Source of the DNA: Octopus sinensis
Lineage: Eukaryota
Length of the DNA: 64,000 bases
Reading direction: 5' to 3'
Assembly: GCF_006345805.1 (NCBI RefSeq)
Contig: NC_042997.1
Coordinates: 135,594,001-135,658,000 of the forward strand
The position numbers and the translations under genes were made by a program. The notes under the pieces are model-generated. The model was not told the origin of the DNA, made no database searches, and saw only the letters and a list, made by a program, of their open reading frames with translations. Positions 26,300 to 40,500 of the stretch are shown in pieces; positions within the stretch are counted from its first letter, which is position 1; each line of letters starts with the position of its first letter.

Positions 26300-26700
26300 A
26301 AACAATAGTATTTAAAATTCTTTCACTAAAAACGAAAACAATCGAACATATGCTAAAGGAAACAATAGAAAAGTGCCTGCAGCCTATATGGAACGATACC
26401 AAATACGTAGCAAGAAGATAAAGATACGGCAGTGTGGAGGTAAGTTTCGCTTCCGAAACAAAGAAGCAAAGGAAGACACCACAGTGTCTTTGAAAACCAA
26501 CGAATGGATGCTACTGCCCACTTATATGGGTAAACGTATGTCTAAAATATAAATCGGGGAGGTCCTACCAGAAATTGGCTCGTAACCGCTGTTTTGCTCG
26601 ATTTGAAATGTAGCGTTTCCATACTGCAGGTCACGAAGCTGCACCAACAAAACTGGTAGGTCAAGGCCTCGAATTCATCATACACAATACAAACATACAC
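26300..26700 (+). mobile_element. Degenerate LINE ORF1-like remnant
   Basis: Broken frame SLKTNEWMLLPTYMGKRMSKI*IGEVLPEIG; family assignment tentative. Confidence 0.3.
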
Positions 26701-27639
26701 ACCACACACACCTGAACCGCATACTCCAGAATCAACATCACGGCAATCAACACTAAGAACATACAATTAACAGAACACATAAGCGAAAACCTGTATATCA
26801 CATTTCAACATTCCTTCCTCACCTTCACGAATGCCTGAACACATCCAATTGATAATACTTGACTGTCACTCATATACGGAACTACAAGAACCATATCCTA
26901 ATGACATTAGAACATCACAATTTAATTTTACTAAACACATTTACCGGAATTTAATCAACGAAGCCCCACAAGCCACGTCGGGAGGGGAGGATAAAACTAC
27001 ACCTCTCCCCAATCTCCAAAACGCAACCAAGAATGCCACACAGGACACACCGGGATGGGAGGATAAATTCACATTATCCCTCCATCACCAAGTAAGCAAT
27101 TAATTCCTTTCATCATGGTTTCTTTCAAGTTTGGCAGTGCGAATGTTTGTCAATGTGGTTGATGAGAGAGAAAGGAATTAAGACGGACGACTTTTTCGCT
27201 AGCCAAGGTTCATTAAATTATTTTTCTTACTTTCTCAGAAGAATAATAAGGCTAAAGAGAGAGCTGTTACCACTGTGTGTGTTCAGGACTAGGTGGATGC
27301 AAATTGCTCGATCGTTCAGAATGTGGCCAACATGCTACCGTAAGACTCCGTGAGAGCAGTGCTGGGTTGTGGCTTGTTGGGTCACCATACCCAACATTTC
27401 ATCTTGCTATCTCATCATTATTCTATGTATAATTTTTATTTTGTTATTTCTTTTCATATTGTTTTCCATCTGCCCATGTTGTGGACCCCTAACTGTTCTT
27501 GACTGTCCTATATGGTCCATCTATATCGGCGCTAATGGCTAATAAAGAACTAAATTTCTTACTGAAGAACACAGATGATTTGCTAATAGTGATCAAATAT
27601 TTGTGTAGACATAAGCTCACCCTCTCCATCAGATCGACA

Positions 27640-27810
27640 TTACCTGTACAGGTGCAACGGGTGCCACATGTCAGATGTCGAAAAGACCGCAGAGCAACGT
27701 GGAATGTAGTGCTTTGATCAAGAACACAACGCAACGCCCGGTCTGGAAATCGAACCCATGATCTCGCAATCGTGAGGGCAACACATTTGGCTCTAAGCCA
27801 TGTGCCTTCA
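27640..27810 (-). mobile_element. SINE 5' part
   Basis: caacgcccggtctggaaatcgaaccc...ctaagcca, the reverse complement of a tRNA-like head shared with 28718-29005. Confidence 0.65.
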
Positions 27811-27856
27811 AATATATATGTATATACTTATGTGTGTGACTCTATGTACGTGCTTG

Positions 27857-27905
<49 letters not shown>

Positions 27906-28686
27906 GTATATATATATATATAGATAGGTCCATAGATACATTACATGTATAAAGCATAAATACTATATATAATTATATATCACACATTAGCGACGAAGGC
28001 AATATTATTGCCGAATGACAGCCTTTGTATAATATTTAATATGTATGTGTTATAAGATCACCTTAATACTACAGAATTATTACTTTTGAGGTTATCTCTA
28101 CAGATATTCTATCGAAATTATAGCCAGCACTGATGTTTTCATGGTTGCATAACGAAATACCGCGTACCTACAAAATATTAATAACTACAGAATTAGTCCT
28201 GAGAAAATCACTGGTTATTGGCGTCTTTTGCATATAAGCAAAGAGCTATAGACAGGAGACAAGGAAAATAATATTTACATTATATATGACGAAAATACGA
28301 AAATAAAAATATCTCTGTAAGTTTGGTATCGGTTACAACTTGTTCAATAACATTGCATTTCAGTCCACACTGCCTATAAATACTTATTTACGATAAATAA
28401 TTCATGACTGATATAAATTATGCCTGGCTATGTAGTGATGCCTGACATCTGCGATACTTACGAAACTAAGTTATCCTATAAGACAGCATGTACGATAACT
28501 AAGTCTGAAGAAGTTTGAATAATCGTCTGAAGAAGTGCTGTCCATCTCTATTTCAACCACTTAGAGAAGTCTTGATGTGTAATGATGATTCTAGCGTGAT
28601 GCCACTGAAAAATAAAACATCAAGCAATATTAAGATTTCGTTGTACAGATTGTCTTTATTTGTGAATTATGTGTGTGTGTGTGTGT

Positions 28687-28717
<31 letters not shown>

Positions 28718-28723
<6 letters not shown>

Positions 28724-29005
28724 ATCACGTGATCGACCAGACCATCAGATGTTGCTACACATCGCTGGTCACAATGCGTTCGCATTGTTTTAGCCTTTGA
28801 ATGACGCCACCCCGCTGGCTAAGCGAGCAGGCCAACAGAAGAAAGAGTGAGAGAAAGAGTGGTGAAAGAGTACAGCAGGGATCACCACCCCCTGCCGGAG
28901 CCTCGTGGAGCTTTTAGGTATTTTCGCTCAATAAACACACACAACGCCCGGTCTGGGAATCGAAACTGCGATCCTACGACCGCGAGTCCACTGCCCTAAC
29001 CACTA
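28718..29005 (-). mobile_element. Near full-length tRNA-derived SINE
   Basis: Minus-strand head tagtggttagggcagtggactcgcggtcgtaggatcgcagtttcgattccc; ends in an atcacgtgatcacgtgat tail abutting (TA)n. Confidence 0.85.
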
Positions 29006-29189
29006 TGGATAAGGATTCACAGGGCATCAAACCTGTTTAGAAATATGAGTCAATATCACAAAATCAACCTCCACAATCACCAAAGTATGACAGAGACAAA
29101 TGTAACCGAGTGAACGGATAAAGAGCCAGTGGGCCATATCTGAAACCATGGTACATGAATATCCGAATGGCATAATCCTTAATGGCATA

Positions 29190-29750
29190 TTAGTATGTTT
29201 TTCTTAAATTCTTTATATAGTGGTGATGTTCGCGGGAGAGTAGGGTCGCACCGATAGAGTCGTCAATATCACGACCGTATCGTTTAGGATTGGGACCAGT
29301 GAAACGTGAGGATATTTGGGCCTTAACGTATTGGGCCCATTCTCGTCCCGATGACCACTCCCGAGATCTGCTGGTAAAACTCACCCGCGAACGAGAAGCA
29401 GTTAAGTGAGAGTACAAGTTCGGCCAGACGATGGAGTGTGGATGTGTCAGGTTGGAGGTTGCATCGAAGTTCAATGAAATGTTAAAGTGCACGCAGCTCC
29501 TCGTGGTGAGGGATCACCGTGTATATACTCTTGATGTAAAGAGTGAAGAGAAGTTTAGAGGGACCAGGAGGGAAGGAGAAAGAGTTGAATAAACGAAAAA
29601 ACGGTTGGTGGGAAGCCACTAGGGGGCAAGGACAAGATCAAGATATCTGAAGATGAGTTCGGTGGGGCTATTGCAGGCGGAAATGATGGGGCAGCCAGGA
29701 TTGTTAGGTTTCTGGATTTTGGAGAGGAAGTAAATTGTGGGGGTGCAAGA
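29190..29750 (-). mobile_element. Degenerate PLE reverse transcriptase fragment
   Basis: YFLSKIQKPNNPGCPIISAC...ELVLSLNCFSFAGEFYQQISGVVIGTRMGP, with stops and frameshifts. Confidence 0.8.
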
Positions 29751-30129
29751 AATAACTGAGATTTAGTTGAATTAGGTACTTAAGTTGAAGCACCAAGTTA
29801 GTACGGTATTATCTGTACGACTCAAATTAAAGTAAATAGAATCAAAATAAAATAGGCTAAAAAACGACATACAGTTATTAGAAATGTAGTATATTTTTAG
29901 CTACATTAGTAGCAACATAGGCTCTTTCCCTCCTCTTGCTCTATTAGAGAATTTGAGTAAAATTATATTAATATGTCCAACTGACTAAAAATTATATTTA
30001 TTTATGCAGCTGAGGATAGGCCTGCATTTCAATTGATGTAATGCTTGCATTATTCAATTAAATGGAGCTGCTTGAAACGGTCGTACTGCATCACATCTTG
30101 ATATCCTGTTGTTTACTTTGATGTTGTAG

Positions 30130-30235
<106 letters not shown>

Positions 30236-30619
30236 ATTGTATTTTCATGCAACCTGCTATTGAAAAGACCGTTCGTTGAAAGTACCAATGAAACAAAACC
30301 ATTTTCAAAAGTGAATCTATCAAAGTAATTGTATATTTATGCAGGTAATTTTGTTTCAGTCTAAACAAAACTGTCCGACGAAAGGAAACGTGAAACACTG
30401 AGTAACAGATTTTGTGATATTTTTGCTGCTTTTTTAATAAAGCATATTACTCTACCTCCGGTATTTGATTTCTGTTTTTTCCCCCTTGTTTCGCATTTTG
30501 TGCTTACTCTTGTGTAACCCTCTGCTTCTTCAGAATGTTTGAGCGACTCTCTACAAGTGAGAAGAAGAAACAGCTGAAAGAAATGAATCTTTACCCATTG
30601 GATTTTTCCCTAAAAAGTA

Positions 30620-31000
30620 TACCCATCCCGGCATAGAAGCAATATCTCAAATGTCTTATTGAAAATACGGAGGATTTTATCCGAAGAATGAGATGGAAAG
30701 CCTTCCTCTTTGACACGAACCAACAATCTAACAGAAACAAATACGGCCATAAATCTAAAATTCCACCACCTATTTCAGAATTAGAAGCTTTTGAAAAAAC
30801 CTTTTCGAGCTTATTAGAATTCAGCAACCCACTCCAGGGAGACACGAAGGAAAAAGTTAGAGGCATAAAGAACTCCGATAAAATCTTCGTAAACGAAAAA
30901 AGAATTAAACGCAGTTGACAAAGATGTTTATAAATCTCTAGTTTCGAACAGCATTACAGATACCTACAAAAAAGATACAACGAATTTATATAAAAAGGTG
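30620..31000 (+). mobile_element. PLE N-terminal region fragment
   Basis: YLKCLIENTEDFIRRMRWKAF...PPISELEAFEK resembles the pre-RT region of PLE ORFs. Confidence 0.55.
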
Positions 31001-33075
31001 AATTTGGAGGCAAGAATTGCTAGCGATCTAAAGGCAAATGTATAGACGTCACTAAAGTGACAGAGTATAAGTTGGTATCAGCATTGATAGATATAAGATT
31101 CAAAACGACTTATTAGCCACAAAAGCACTACTTTTGTAAGCTGACAAGGGAGCTAAAGCTACCCACGGTCGCATATATACTCATATCACGTGACCTCGAA
31201 TTTTGATGCAGAGCATCTTAATTTTGTCAGTGATTCTCATTGCACCTAGGGTTAAGCTCAACTCACCACGTCAACTTAGAAGAAAAACACCTCTGTCACT
31301 TTACTGACGTCTATAAATTTGCCTTTAGGTTGTTAAATTTCTAATAAGTCACTCATATTATTTGTAGGTTTCACATCATTTTTTAAATCATTGCATGTTT
31401 TCAACGGATTTTTTTACAAGTGAGCTTAGCCTAACCCTAGGGGCAGTAAGAGCCACTGACGAGAATTATGATGCTCTGCAATGGCTATATCTGCGACCGT
31501 AGTGAGCTTTGTCTCCCTTTTCAGCTTACTAAGATGATTCTCTTGCAGCTAATCAGTTGTTTTGACTCTTATTTCTAGCAACGCTAGTATCACTTTGTAC
31601 TATCCTTCACTTTAGTGACGTCTCTAAGTTTGCCTCTAGGTAGTTAAATTGCTAATAAGCCATCCATATTATATATGTATGTGTATTTATGTATGTGTGT
31701 GTGTGTATACCAGCTGAATAAAGTTAAAACAAGGTCTGGTTTTCACGTTTTTTAATATAGTATTTTAAACTTTAAAAATATTTTGTAATGTTAATAATGT
31801 TCAATTAGCACTTTCATGCGTTCGTTATAATCATCAGATTTCAAAATTTATTTAACTGTCAGTTGAGATCTGCATTCAGCTTAAACGTCACGGTTTGCAG
31901 GGCATACCGGTATTCTGTAATTTGTTTATATTCATGTTAAGGATATTTTTTTTAATCCACATCATTAACTGGTTGTAATATTATTGTTGTTATTTCCGTT
32001 CAAATCAGGTTTGAACATTTTAATAAACCGTTTGTTTTTTGTTTTGTTCTTTTTTTTTTTGGTGGGGTAGTTATGTTTCTTCTAGCCTCACTTGTGTCAT
32101 GTAGTTTGTGGAAAGGAAAAATTAGAAATATATCGCAATATCGATTAGGGATTGTACTGACCATAAAGGCTAATTATCATAACCCCATGAGTTAAGACGT
32201 ATGGAAACAATAAAACATGACATAGAGATTGCGAGAAGATATGGTACAAAAATCCCACAACAAAATTGTATATACATTATACAACCATAAGAAACGTAGC
32301 TAGACCAGCCTCATTGGCCCTTTGGAGATTATATTAATTTCGATCCCGGCAGTACTATTTAACTCGCAGTGTACACAGAGTAAAAAAAAGAAATAATCGA
32401 TATATACAAATTTAAGTTCGATATGCTCACTAAGTTGACACCGCCTTAAAATAATCAATCACTTTAAAAACAAGAATATATCAGACATCCTGAGACTGTC
32501 ACAGAACCGCAGCTATTAAATTTATGCTTTAAATAAAATTTAAATCATATATAAACTTAACGTAGCAAACTGAAGTTACTAAATATATAAATCAAGAAAA
32601 TAAGTGACCAAATCTATAAAACAATTAAATAAGAAAAAATATAACTTTCCACAAGAAGCCATAACATCAATATGAAAAATATTGCGACCGCAGTTGCACC
32701 TACGTCTTGGGTAATACCCCCAGTTTGATGGTAAATGGAAGGAACAGTAATAGAAAACGTGCGCAAAGAAAAACTACTTAACTACTCCTATGGTCGACAA
32801 TTGCTTGTATCCTTGTGTCTTAGGATTTTTGCCTTTGCCATTTCTGTTTCATTTGTTGCGTTGCTCTGCATGTATTTCTGTCATCAATATCTGTCTATAT
32901 TTATGGATTAGTTTCTTTGCATGATCCATTAATGAACATTAATGACATCGGTGAAAATAGGGTTTTGATTTATGATCACATTCCTGGTTATATAGACATG
33001 CTATTTCGCTATAAGTGGATTCCGATATTCTTAGCATAGGCCTGGAATATAAGCTGAGAGGTATATCAAACACGG

Positions 33076-33098
33076 TTGTACGACGACGACGACGATGA

Positions 33099-33132
<34 letters not shown>

Positions 33133-33269
33133 GGTGGTGGTGATGATGATTATGATGATGATGATGGTGATGTTGATGTTGATGTTGATGTTGATGGTGG
33201 TGGTGGTGGTGATGTTGATGGTGATGTTGATGGTGATGTTGATGGTGATAGTGATGGTGATGGTGATGG

Positions 33270-33327
<58 letters not shown>

Positions 33328-33360
33328 GGTAGTGGTGATGATGATCATGATGATGATTAC
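33076..33360. repeat. Mosaic (GAT)n/(GGT)n/(GATGTT)n trinucleotide array
   Basis: Direct reading. Confidence 0.95.
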
Positions 33361-33610
33361 TAGATTTTTGTTGATTTCTTATGCCCCGTATTGGTAAGAA
33401 ACGGGTTGCTAATAATACAAGTTGTGAATATCGGTGTACGCAATAATTTCAGTAAAATGTTTCCCGGCAAATGAATGGACACTTAATGATCGTCTTCACT
33501 AAAATATCTCATTATATTTGCAACTATACAGATAAATATTAGACATAACATTTCGGTAACGATTGGAAATAATTTTATACCAGCGATATTGAATTTAATA
33601 CTCACAGTGC

Positions 33611-33709
<99 letters not shown>

Positions 33710-35699
33710 TTTAGAAAAAGTGAATTTAACTATACAGCGAAAGTTATTTGAAAAAAAATTTTAAGACAAAAGTTTCCGATTTCTTTGCTCATTTTGATAA
33801 ATACCTTCATTAGCAGGAGGTTACTATTTATTCAGAAATATAAATATACATTATCGTCAAAGCAATTTGGTTGAACATAAAAATACATTTTCATTGTTCT
33901 TTATTGTTCTCGTATTATTAAATATCGATCTAGTTTTTCTTGCTCGTTCTAATGATATTTTAAATGGATGCACAGTAATCAATAATTCTATAATGTGCAT
34001 CTTGTTTCAAAATATTGTTCAGAGATTCTATTCTAGAACAAATTTATAGCTGAAATATTTTCTCTTAATTGAAATACTCTTAATATAACAATCAAGTTTA
34101 CACAAGATTATTTTATTTTCTATCAATATTTTATATAATAACTTTCTGTAGATCTTATTCTGATTTCAAAGATATTTTGCTATATTCTTCTTACCTATAT
34201 CTTTAAATATGAATTCAAACATAATATATAAACCTGTTACCTCTTACAAAACCAAACTACAACATAAATTATGGTGGATGCTAAAGAGCAAATACGTATA
34301 GTTGTAAAATAGCCTTAAGACTACAATCTTCAACCGCCACGAATAACATATATATAATTTATATATAATTTATACAAGTGCAGAAGCCAAAATAATAGTA
34401 TTAAAATGTCCTAATTGATATTTATCTCTAGCAAGACTGATAATTTGCAAATCCTCATTACTGTTAATACTTATATATATGAGGAATACATTTTATTCTA
34501 CAGTAAATGATTTTCCTTTTGCGTTAAGAACATTGAATTATTATCAATATTGACTACATAACCATCCGTTCCTACTCGTATTAATTGACAAGCAGCCACC
34601 TTTATTCTGCGGCTTTGTTTTCATAGGCTTAGAGTTTTTATTAACACGGTAGTTTAACAATGCCCTTTGAACTATTGATATAACATTATATTTTTTTAAT
34701 ATGCTACATCAAATACATTCTTTCTATTGATTCACTTAAGTTTTTCTAATTTTAGATACCAAGGAATTTAGTAGACAAAGATTGTAGGGTATGTAATTGT
34801 CTACTATGTAGGTAATCATTTTAAAAATCCCTGTTTTATTTATTGTCGTCAATCCATGTGTTTACATACATTATTGATATTGAAGTTTTTTCAACAACTA
34901 GCGCCACCTGTCATTCATCCCCAGTTTTTGCCCATCCATGGAACGTGATCTTTTTATCTGTTCAACAGAAATGTGTTTTCAAAATCTACATTAATTAAAG
35001 ACAGACAAATTGAATGCTCTTAAAAGAATCGAAGTGAATGCTCTGCGGCATTCCTCCCCGCTTACTGCGCACAAGGATGTCAAATTTGACATCCTTTCGA
35101 TGTTGACTAATAAACTCCCTGCGGGTTCAAGACCGTAATCAGTTTTCATTCTCCCTGGATTTTTCATGTAACTTAAAGTTCCAGCCATGTCACACTGTGA
35201 CATGCTGATCATAACAAATAAAAGTTTCTGTGTGAGAGAAATACTCAGTCACTTACACATTGCTTTTACGAGGAGTAATTGTGTTTGTTAAAGAACAACC
35301 GAATCCTCAGTATTCAACAGGCATGCAGAATACAGCATTAAAATCGTTTTTTTATAATTATAATTACTGGGATGTATTTCATCATAAATAGTTGTAAATG
35401 TTATATGTTCCAAAAAGCACTAAAAAGTTCGGTGTCAATTTTTATATAATTGTGATAAAATACTGAATAAAATGAAATTGGCAATATCGGTTGAGGTGAT
35501 TAGAAAAAGATCTATTTTTTCATGACTTTAAACACCTATGTCTGACACGTGTATATTAAATGATGTACAATGCAAAGACTGTTTTATAAACTAGAAGTGA
35601 CCTTCATGAGGCAGTGTGCCGAGTGACATCATTGTGTTCGCAAGTTGTGAAAGGTGCGTGCTTGTGATCACATGTTTGCTGTGGTCTGCGATTTTTGTA

Positions 35700-36310
35700 A
35701 TGGACAGGAAGATAGTACAAAGTGACAACGTGAAATTTTACGTTAAACTTGGGAAGTACAGAGACAAGGAACATGATTCGTCAAGCTTATAGAGGCAAGC
35801 TTACGGCGGCAAGCCAATGGATCGTATGCAATGTTTCGTTTGGCACTGGCGCCCCAAAAGCAGAACTTCCCTGGAAGACGATGAGTGATTTTGAATACTG
35901 CCACGAGCGTCACTCCCGGAAATGTGGTACTGTGTACCGAGAATTCGCAATCCCCACCCAGGGCCAGACCGTAAATCGAGAGTTTCACATTAACCTTTTG
36001 AATCGTTTGAAGGTGAGTGGAGTATTCGGCGAAAGCAACTGGATTTGTGGAGCCCGGAGGATCGGATTATTCACTGAGATCTCCATTCGTGAGTTTTTCG
36101 CCAAAATAACGCATAGTATCGCTTCGGCACCTGCCCTATTCTCCAGATTTAGCACCTGCAGACTTCCATCTCTTCCCCAAGATGAGAATGCAGCTGAACG
36201 GAGCATCGTTTTAGCACCGTTGTCGAGATCCAGCGCGTATTGCAGAAGGTCCTCAACTCACTTACGGATAACGACCTCCAGGCCGGATTACAAAAGTAGA
36301 ACACAAATAT
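35700..36310 (+). mobile_element. Degenerate, internally deleted mariner transposase
   Basis: VKFYVKLGK..TETRNMIRQAY, GQTVNREF and FSPDLAPADFHLFPKM...HRFSTVVEIQ across frameshifts. Confidence 0.8.
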
Positions 36311-37181
36311 TTTGAATTAACCGATATTAATGAGTATATTGTTCTTTTGTTTGAAGATATGTTCCGACTCCGGCCATTTGATTCTAATTGGCGTAATAGA
36401 TTTGTTGGATGCAGACCATGCAGTGTTATTAACAAAAAAGTTATAATCTTGTAAACGATAGGGTTTCGATTCTTGTTAGATGATTTGTAGAGCATTTTCA
36501 ACTATATGATTTGGAATGATATTGATCATGAAAATGTGTCTTTCTCTCCTTCACTGAATTCTTCTTTACTAGTTTCTTTATCTTCCTGTCTCTTTATATT
36601 TATCTCTAACTCACCCATTCTGCTAGATAACCCTTTTTAATTCATGCCCTGCATTTGTTTTCTACACTTTTTCTATCATGGCAATTATCTACTACAACGA
36701 ATAGAAGTAAGCATCCCAATTATCGACTAGTAATGAATACATCTAACCATTATCTATCTTTTGAGAAGCATCCAAGAAATGCTCTGCATTGTTATTCAAA
36801 ATGGCGGCTATAATTATTGCCTCTGAAACTGGTGAAAGTTTCTGTTTCTCATTGTATAGAACGCGTTCAAAATCAATTCCTTATAGGTTGTGTTGTTCAT
36901 AGATACATCCATACATGCGCAAACAATGACACACAAAAAGTAATATTTAAGTGTACAAACAATTTCAAGCAAACCCATGGTGTTTATATATCACTGCCAG
37001 CCAGACTTTGTACGTGATGTCTAGCATGTATATATATAAATGTGTGTGTGTGTGTGTGTGTATATAAGCATATATATATGGACATATGTATTTATAAAAA
37101 TATGTGTACATGAATGTGTATATATATATATATATATATATGTACATGCCCATATATATGTATATGTATATATATATATAT

Positions 37182-37213
<32 letters not shown>

Positions 37214-37694
37214 ATGAATATATGTATACATTAGTTTTGATAGTTACGTTTGTTTGTACGTGTTTATGTCTGGGATCGTTGTGTATGCATCTGTGTGCGG
37301 TTGATTTTAATTCTTATATAGTTTTATCGACGTATTTGCAAATTATCAGTACACAGTGACGCAAGCGAAACTTAGCAGACAATGACACCGTAGCATTTGT
37401 TATCCATTGATGATATCTCAATTTAGAAACGACTGGAAAGCTCAGAGTTCTTGTCTTGATGCAACGTCTGTTTTGTTCCATAGCTGGGTAAACAAACTCA
37501 CTATTGAAGATGGAAACAAGAGAAATGTATGAAGAAATATACAGATAATACAGGTACATATACAAGGAGCATATAAATAACATGAATATAAGTTTTTCTT
37601 GTTTAAAAAGTAGTAATCATATGCATCTGAATCTAACAACTGTTTGATTTTGAACTTCAGTTTCGACGGTTTTACTTACATGTATGTATGTATG

Positions 37695-37728
<34 letters not shown>

Positions 37729-37735
37729 TGTATGT

Positions 37736-37790
<55 letters not shown>

Positions 37791-38159
37791 TGTATATCTA
37801 TGTATATGTATATATATATATATATATTATATATATATATATTATATATATATATATACATAATATGAGGGGATATTATTCCAAACTTACAGGGAAAAAT
37901 TCAATTTAGAAATACTAAATCAGATTTCACAAGATATAGTATATATATATATATGAATTAGAAAAAAATACCTGTTATCAATTCAATAATGAATAATATA
38001 TACGTTTTAATTATCATTTTACACATTACTTAATCATCGTTATATGTTTTGTCTTATATTTAATCTTTCTATAATATGTAATCTTTCTAAATGGTATAAT
38101 TTATTTTTTCATTATTGAATTGATAAGAGGTGTTTTTATGTAATGTATATATATATATA

Positions 38160-38658
38160 TAACTGTATAACAACAAATCATCATATATATTCTCCGATTT
38201 GCGCATCCAATTCAGCCCAACCACCCACCCATCAATTTCAGCCAAATTTAATGAATATATTCTTAAACTGTCTAATATTACACATAACAGTTGTAAGCAA
38301 ACTAGAAATGCTTTGTAAGTTACGGAGAGAAAGCTACTAAGGAAGACTCATTGTTGCTTCAAATCGAAGGATATATTTTATTATGATATATTATTATACA
38401 GTTATTATTATACTATGATTCTTCCATAGTTGCTTTCTCTTCGTAAGTTACAAAGCTTTTTCTGCTTTGTTTACAAATACTATATGTAATATTAGACAGT
38501 TAAAATATATGGCTGAATTTGATGGGTGAGCGTTTGGCCCAATCGGATGCGCAAGGTGCCTTGTAAGCGCTGACTTGTGGGTTCGATTCTGGGTAGGGTT
38601 AGCTCATCATTTAAAAATTGTCGCTTCATATCGAAGAAAATATATTATTATACAGTTA
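38160..38658. mobile_element. Old inverted-duplicated element containing a tRNA-Thr-like head
   Basis: 38160-38345 is a diverged reverse complement of 38421-38658. A-box tggcccaatcgg at 38535-38546, loop cttgtaa (TGT), B-box ggttcgattct at ~38579-38590. Confidence 0.55.
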
Positions 38659-38750
38659 GGTATGTATATGCAGGGTTATTCAAAAAGAATGAACCGATTT
38701 CATTACGAATATTTTAATAAAGAAAAGCACATATATATATATATATATAT

Positions 38751-38857
38751 ATGAATATGTGTGTTTATGCCGTGTGTTTGTGTATGTGGCTGTGTCTGTG
38801 TGCATATATGTACATATATGAGTATATATACACACACAAATGCAACCACATACACAC

Positions 38858-38892
<35 letters not shown>

Positions 38893-38994
38893 TATGTGTG
38901 TTTATGCCGTGTGTTTGTGTATGTGGCTGTGTCTGTGTGCATATATGTACATATATGAGTATATATACACACACAAATGCAACCACATACACAC

Positions 38995-39020
<26 letters not shown>
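38751..39020. repeat. Two near-identical tandem copies of a ~135-bp CA/TA-rich unit
   Basis: atgaatatgtgtgtttatgccgtg...accacatacacacg at ~38751 and ~38889. Confidence 0.9.
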
Positions 39021-39035
<15 letters not shown>

Positions 39036-39241
39036 TGCATACGTCACTAGAACTGTTACAATTCCTGGGTTAAAAACACCATTTGTTAGGAATTGACTAG
39101 ATATACATAAATCGAGACACGCAGATAGAAGGAAGTGTGGACACATTCGAAAAGGCATAAATATTCAGATATGCATACTTATATACGTGCTGCTTACATA
39201 GATATATAAGAATATACATATATACATACACATACATTCAA

Positions 39242-39298
<57 letters not shown>

Positions 39299-40434
39299 TT
39301 CAATGTTTTGGATAACGACATAGCTGAAAGTTAGCTCTATTATCAAAAACGTTACAAGTGGGCAATAGGACATTAGCTCGTTTGGACAGAGACGTTGATT
39401 TTGTTTGGAATGAGACTCACTGGGGGGCGTGCATGCAAATGTTAAGGTAGGTCCTTTGGTGAGTGATAGATTAATGAGTTCTGGGGCACGATGTAAGATA
39501 TGAGAGGGTAGTGCAAACTTCTATGTCTGTATTATGGTCATGAGTTATTGCACGGTTAAACGAAACGCCAAATATCAATGACATTCAAAAGTGTCATTCC
39601 AAAAAGTACTAGTATTTTACAAACTACTTTTGCCAATACATCTTTATAGGTACAGTCCCTAAAAGTTTTTATGAGACTGAAATTTGATCATTTAAAGTTA
39701 GTGTATTTATAAAGGTGCATACCACCTGATCTTTATTTAGCAATGATTGAATAATTCAGATGTCATTAATGTTTGTGCGGGTACACAATTTTCACTAAAA
39801 TCCACAGCTCAGTCAATTGCTTTTTAATTATTCATGATATCCATTCCCAGTCATATAATATGATAGTCCCCATTTTGCAATATTTTTGTAGGTTTTTAAA
39901 GTTCCTCTTGCTTTGAGAAGAAAATACATGGATTTTTAAACAAATTTTTATCTATGACAACCAGATTTAACCTTCCTTCACATTTACACAACTTCAGAAC
40001 ATCCCTGTTCAATACAGATCATGCCGGAATTATTTTCTACATCTCTTTAGTCAATATTCGAACCGATCAAGTAAATCTATGATCAGTGGCGTTGCACTCA
40101 TATGTGTTGTCTTTTCTATACAAGTTCCTCATATCGTCCAGACTGTCATAGGCTCAAATATAGTAAGTCCACTGATACTGCTAATACGTTTGCTTTTATG
40201 TGCTTTCTTTATGATTTCTGAACTGATATGAATGGAAAATGCTCCTCATATGGCGACGTAGTAATATTCTGGAGTGATGTACCAGCGATAAATTAAGGGA
40301 TAGTTCTACGTGTATTTTAGTAGGTGGGGATGTTGGAGATTCATACAGCAAGATATTTTCTCCTGGATATCCAAACGCTACATGATTTTTACTATATGCT
40401 TGATGGCGGTGTCCTTTGTAGTTGTGCTGTTTCA

Positions 40435-40500
<66 letters not shown>

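Noticed and set aside
29110-29160. GAAACCATGGTA resembling a hammerhead 3' half
   Set aside because: The 5' core would be CGGATAA (U4 lost, 3-8 unpaired) and there is no stem I.
31455-31495. agcca-CTGACGA...tggct hammerhead-like start
   Set aside because: No GAAA, and too little room for stems II and III.
33076-33397. Poly-Asp/Gly, poly-Met/Val and poly-Ile/Thr ORFs
   Set aside because: Pure trinucleotide mosaic with no flanking coding context or splice support.
36794-36810. caaaatggcggc, a YY1-like promoter motif
   Set aside because: It reads equally well as VIQNGGY, resembling the C-terminus of a Tc1-type transposase remnant; no other promoter features nearby.
37475-37560. Plus-strand acceptor/donor pair (ttttgttccatag ... 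ag|gtacat)
   Set aside because: Stops in all three frames and no supporting evidence.
38528-38600. Functional tRNA-Thr(TGT) gene
   Set aside because: The acceptor and D stems do not pair and it lies inside a repeat; treated as TE-borne. The same applies to 58405-58473 and all SINE heads.
39290-39350. Minus-strand TTGATAA followed by a gagct/agct hairpin
   Set aside because: GAAA is missing; it could be a deleted ribozyme but is unsupported.
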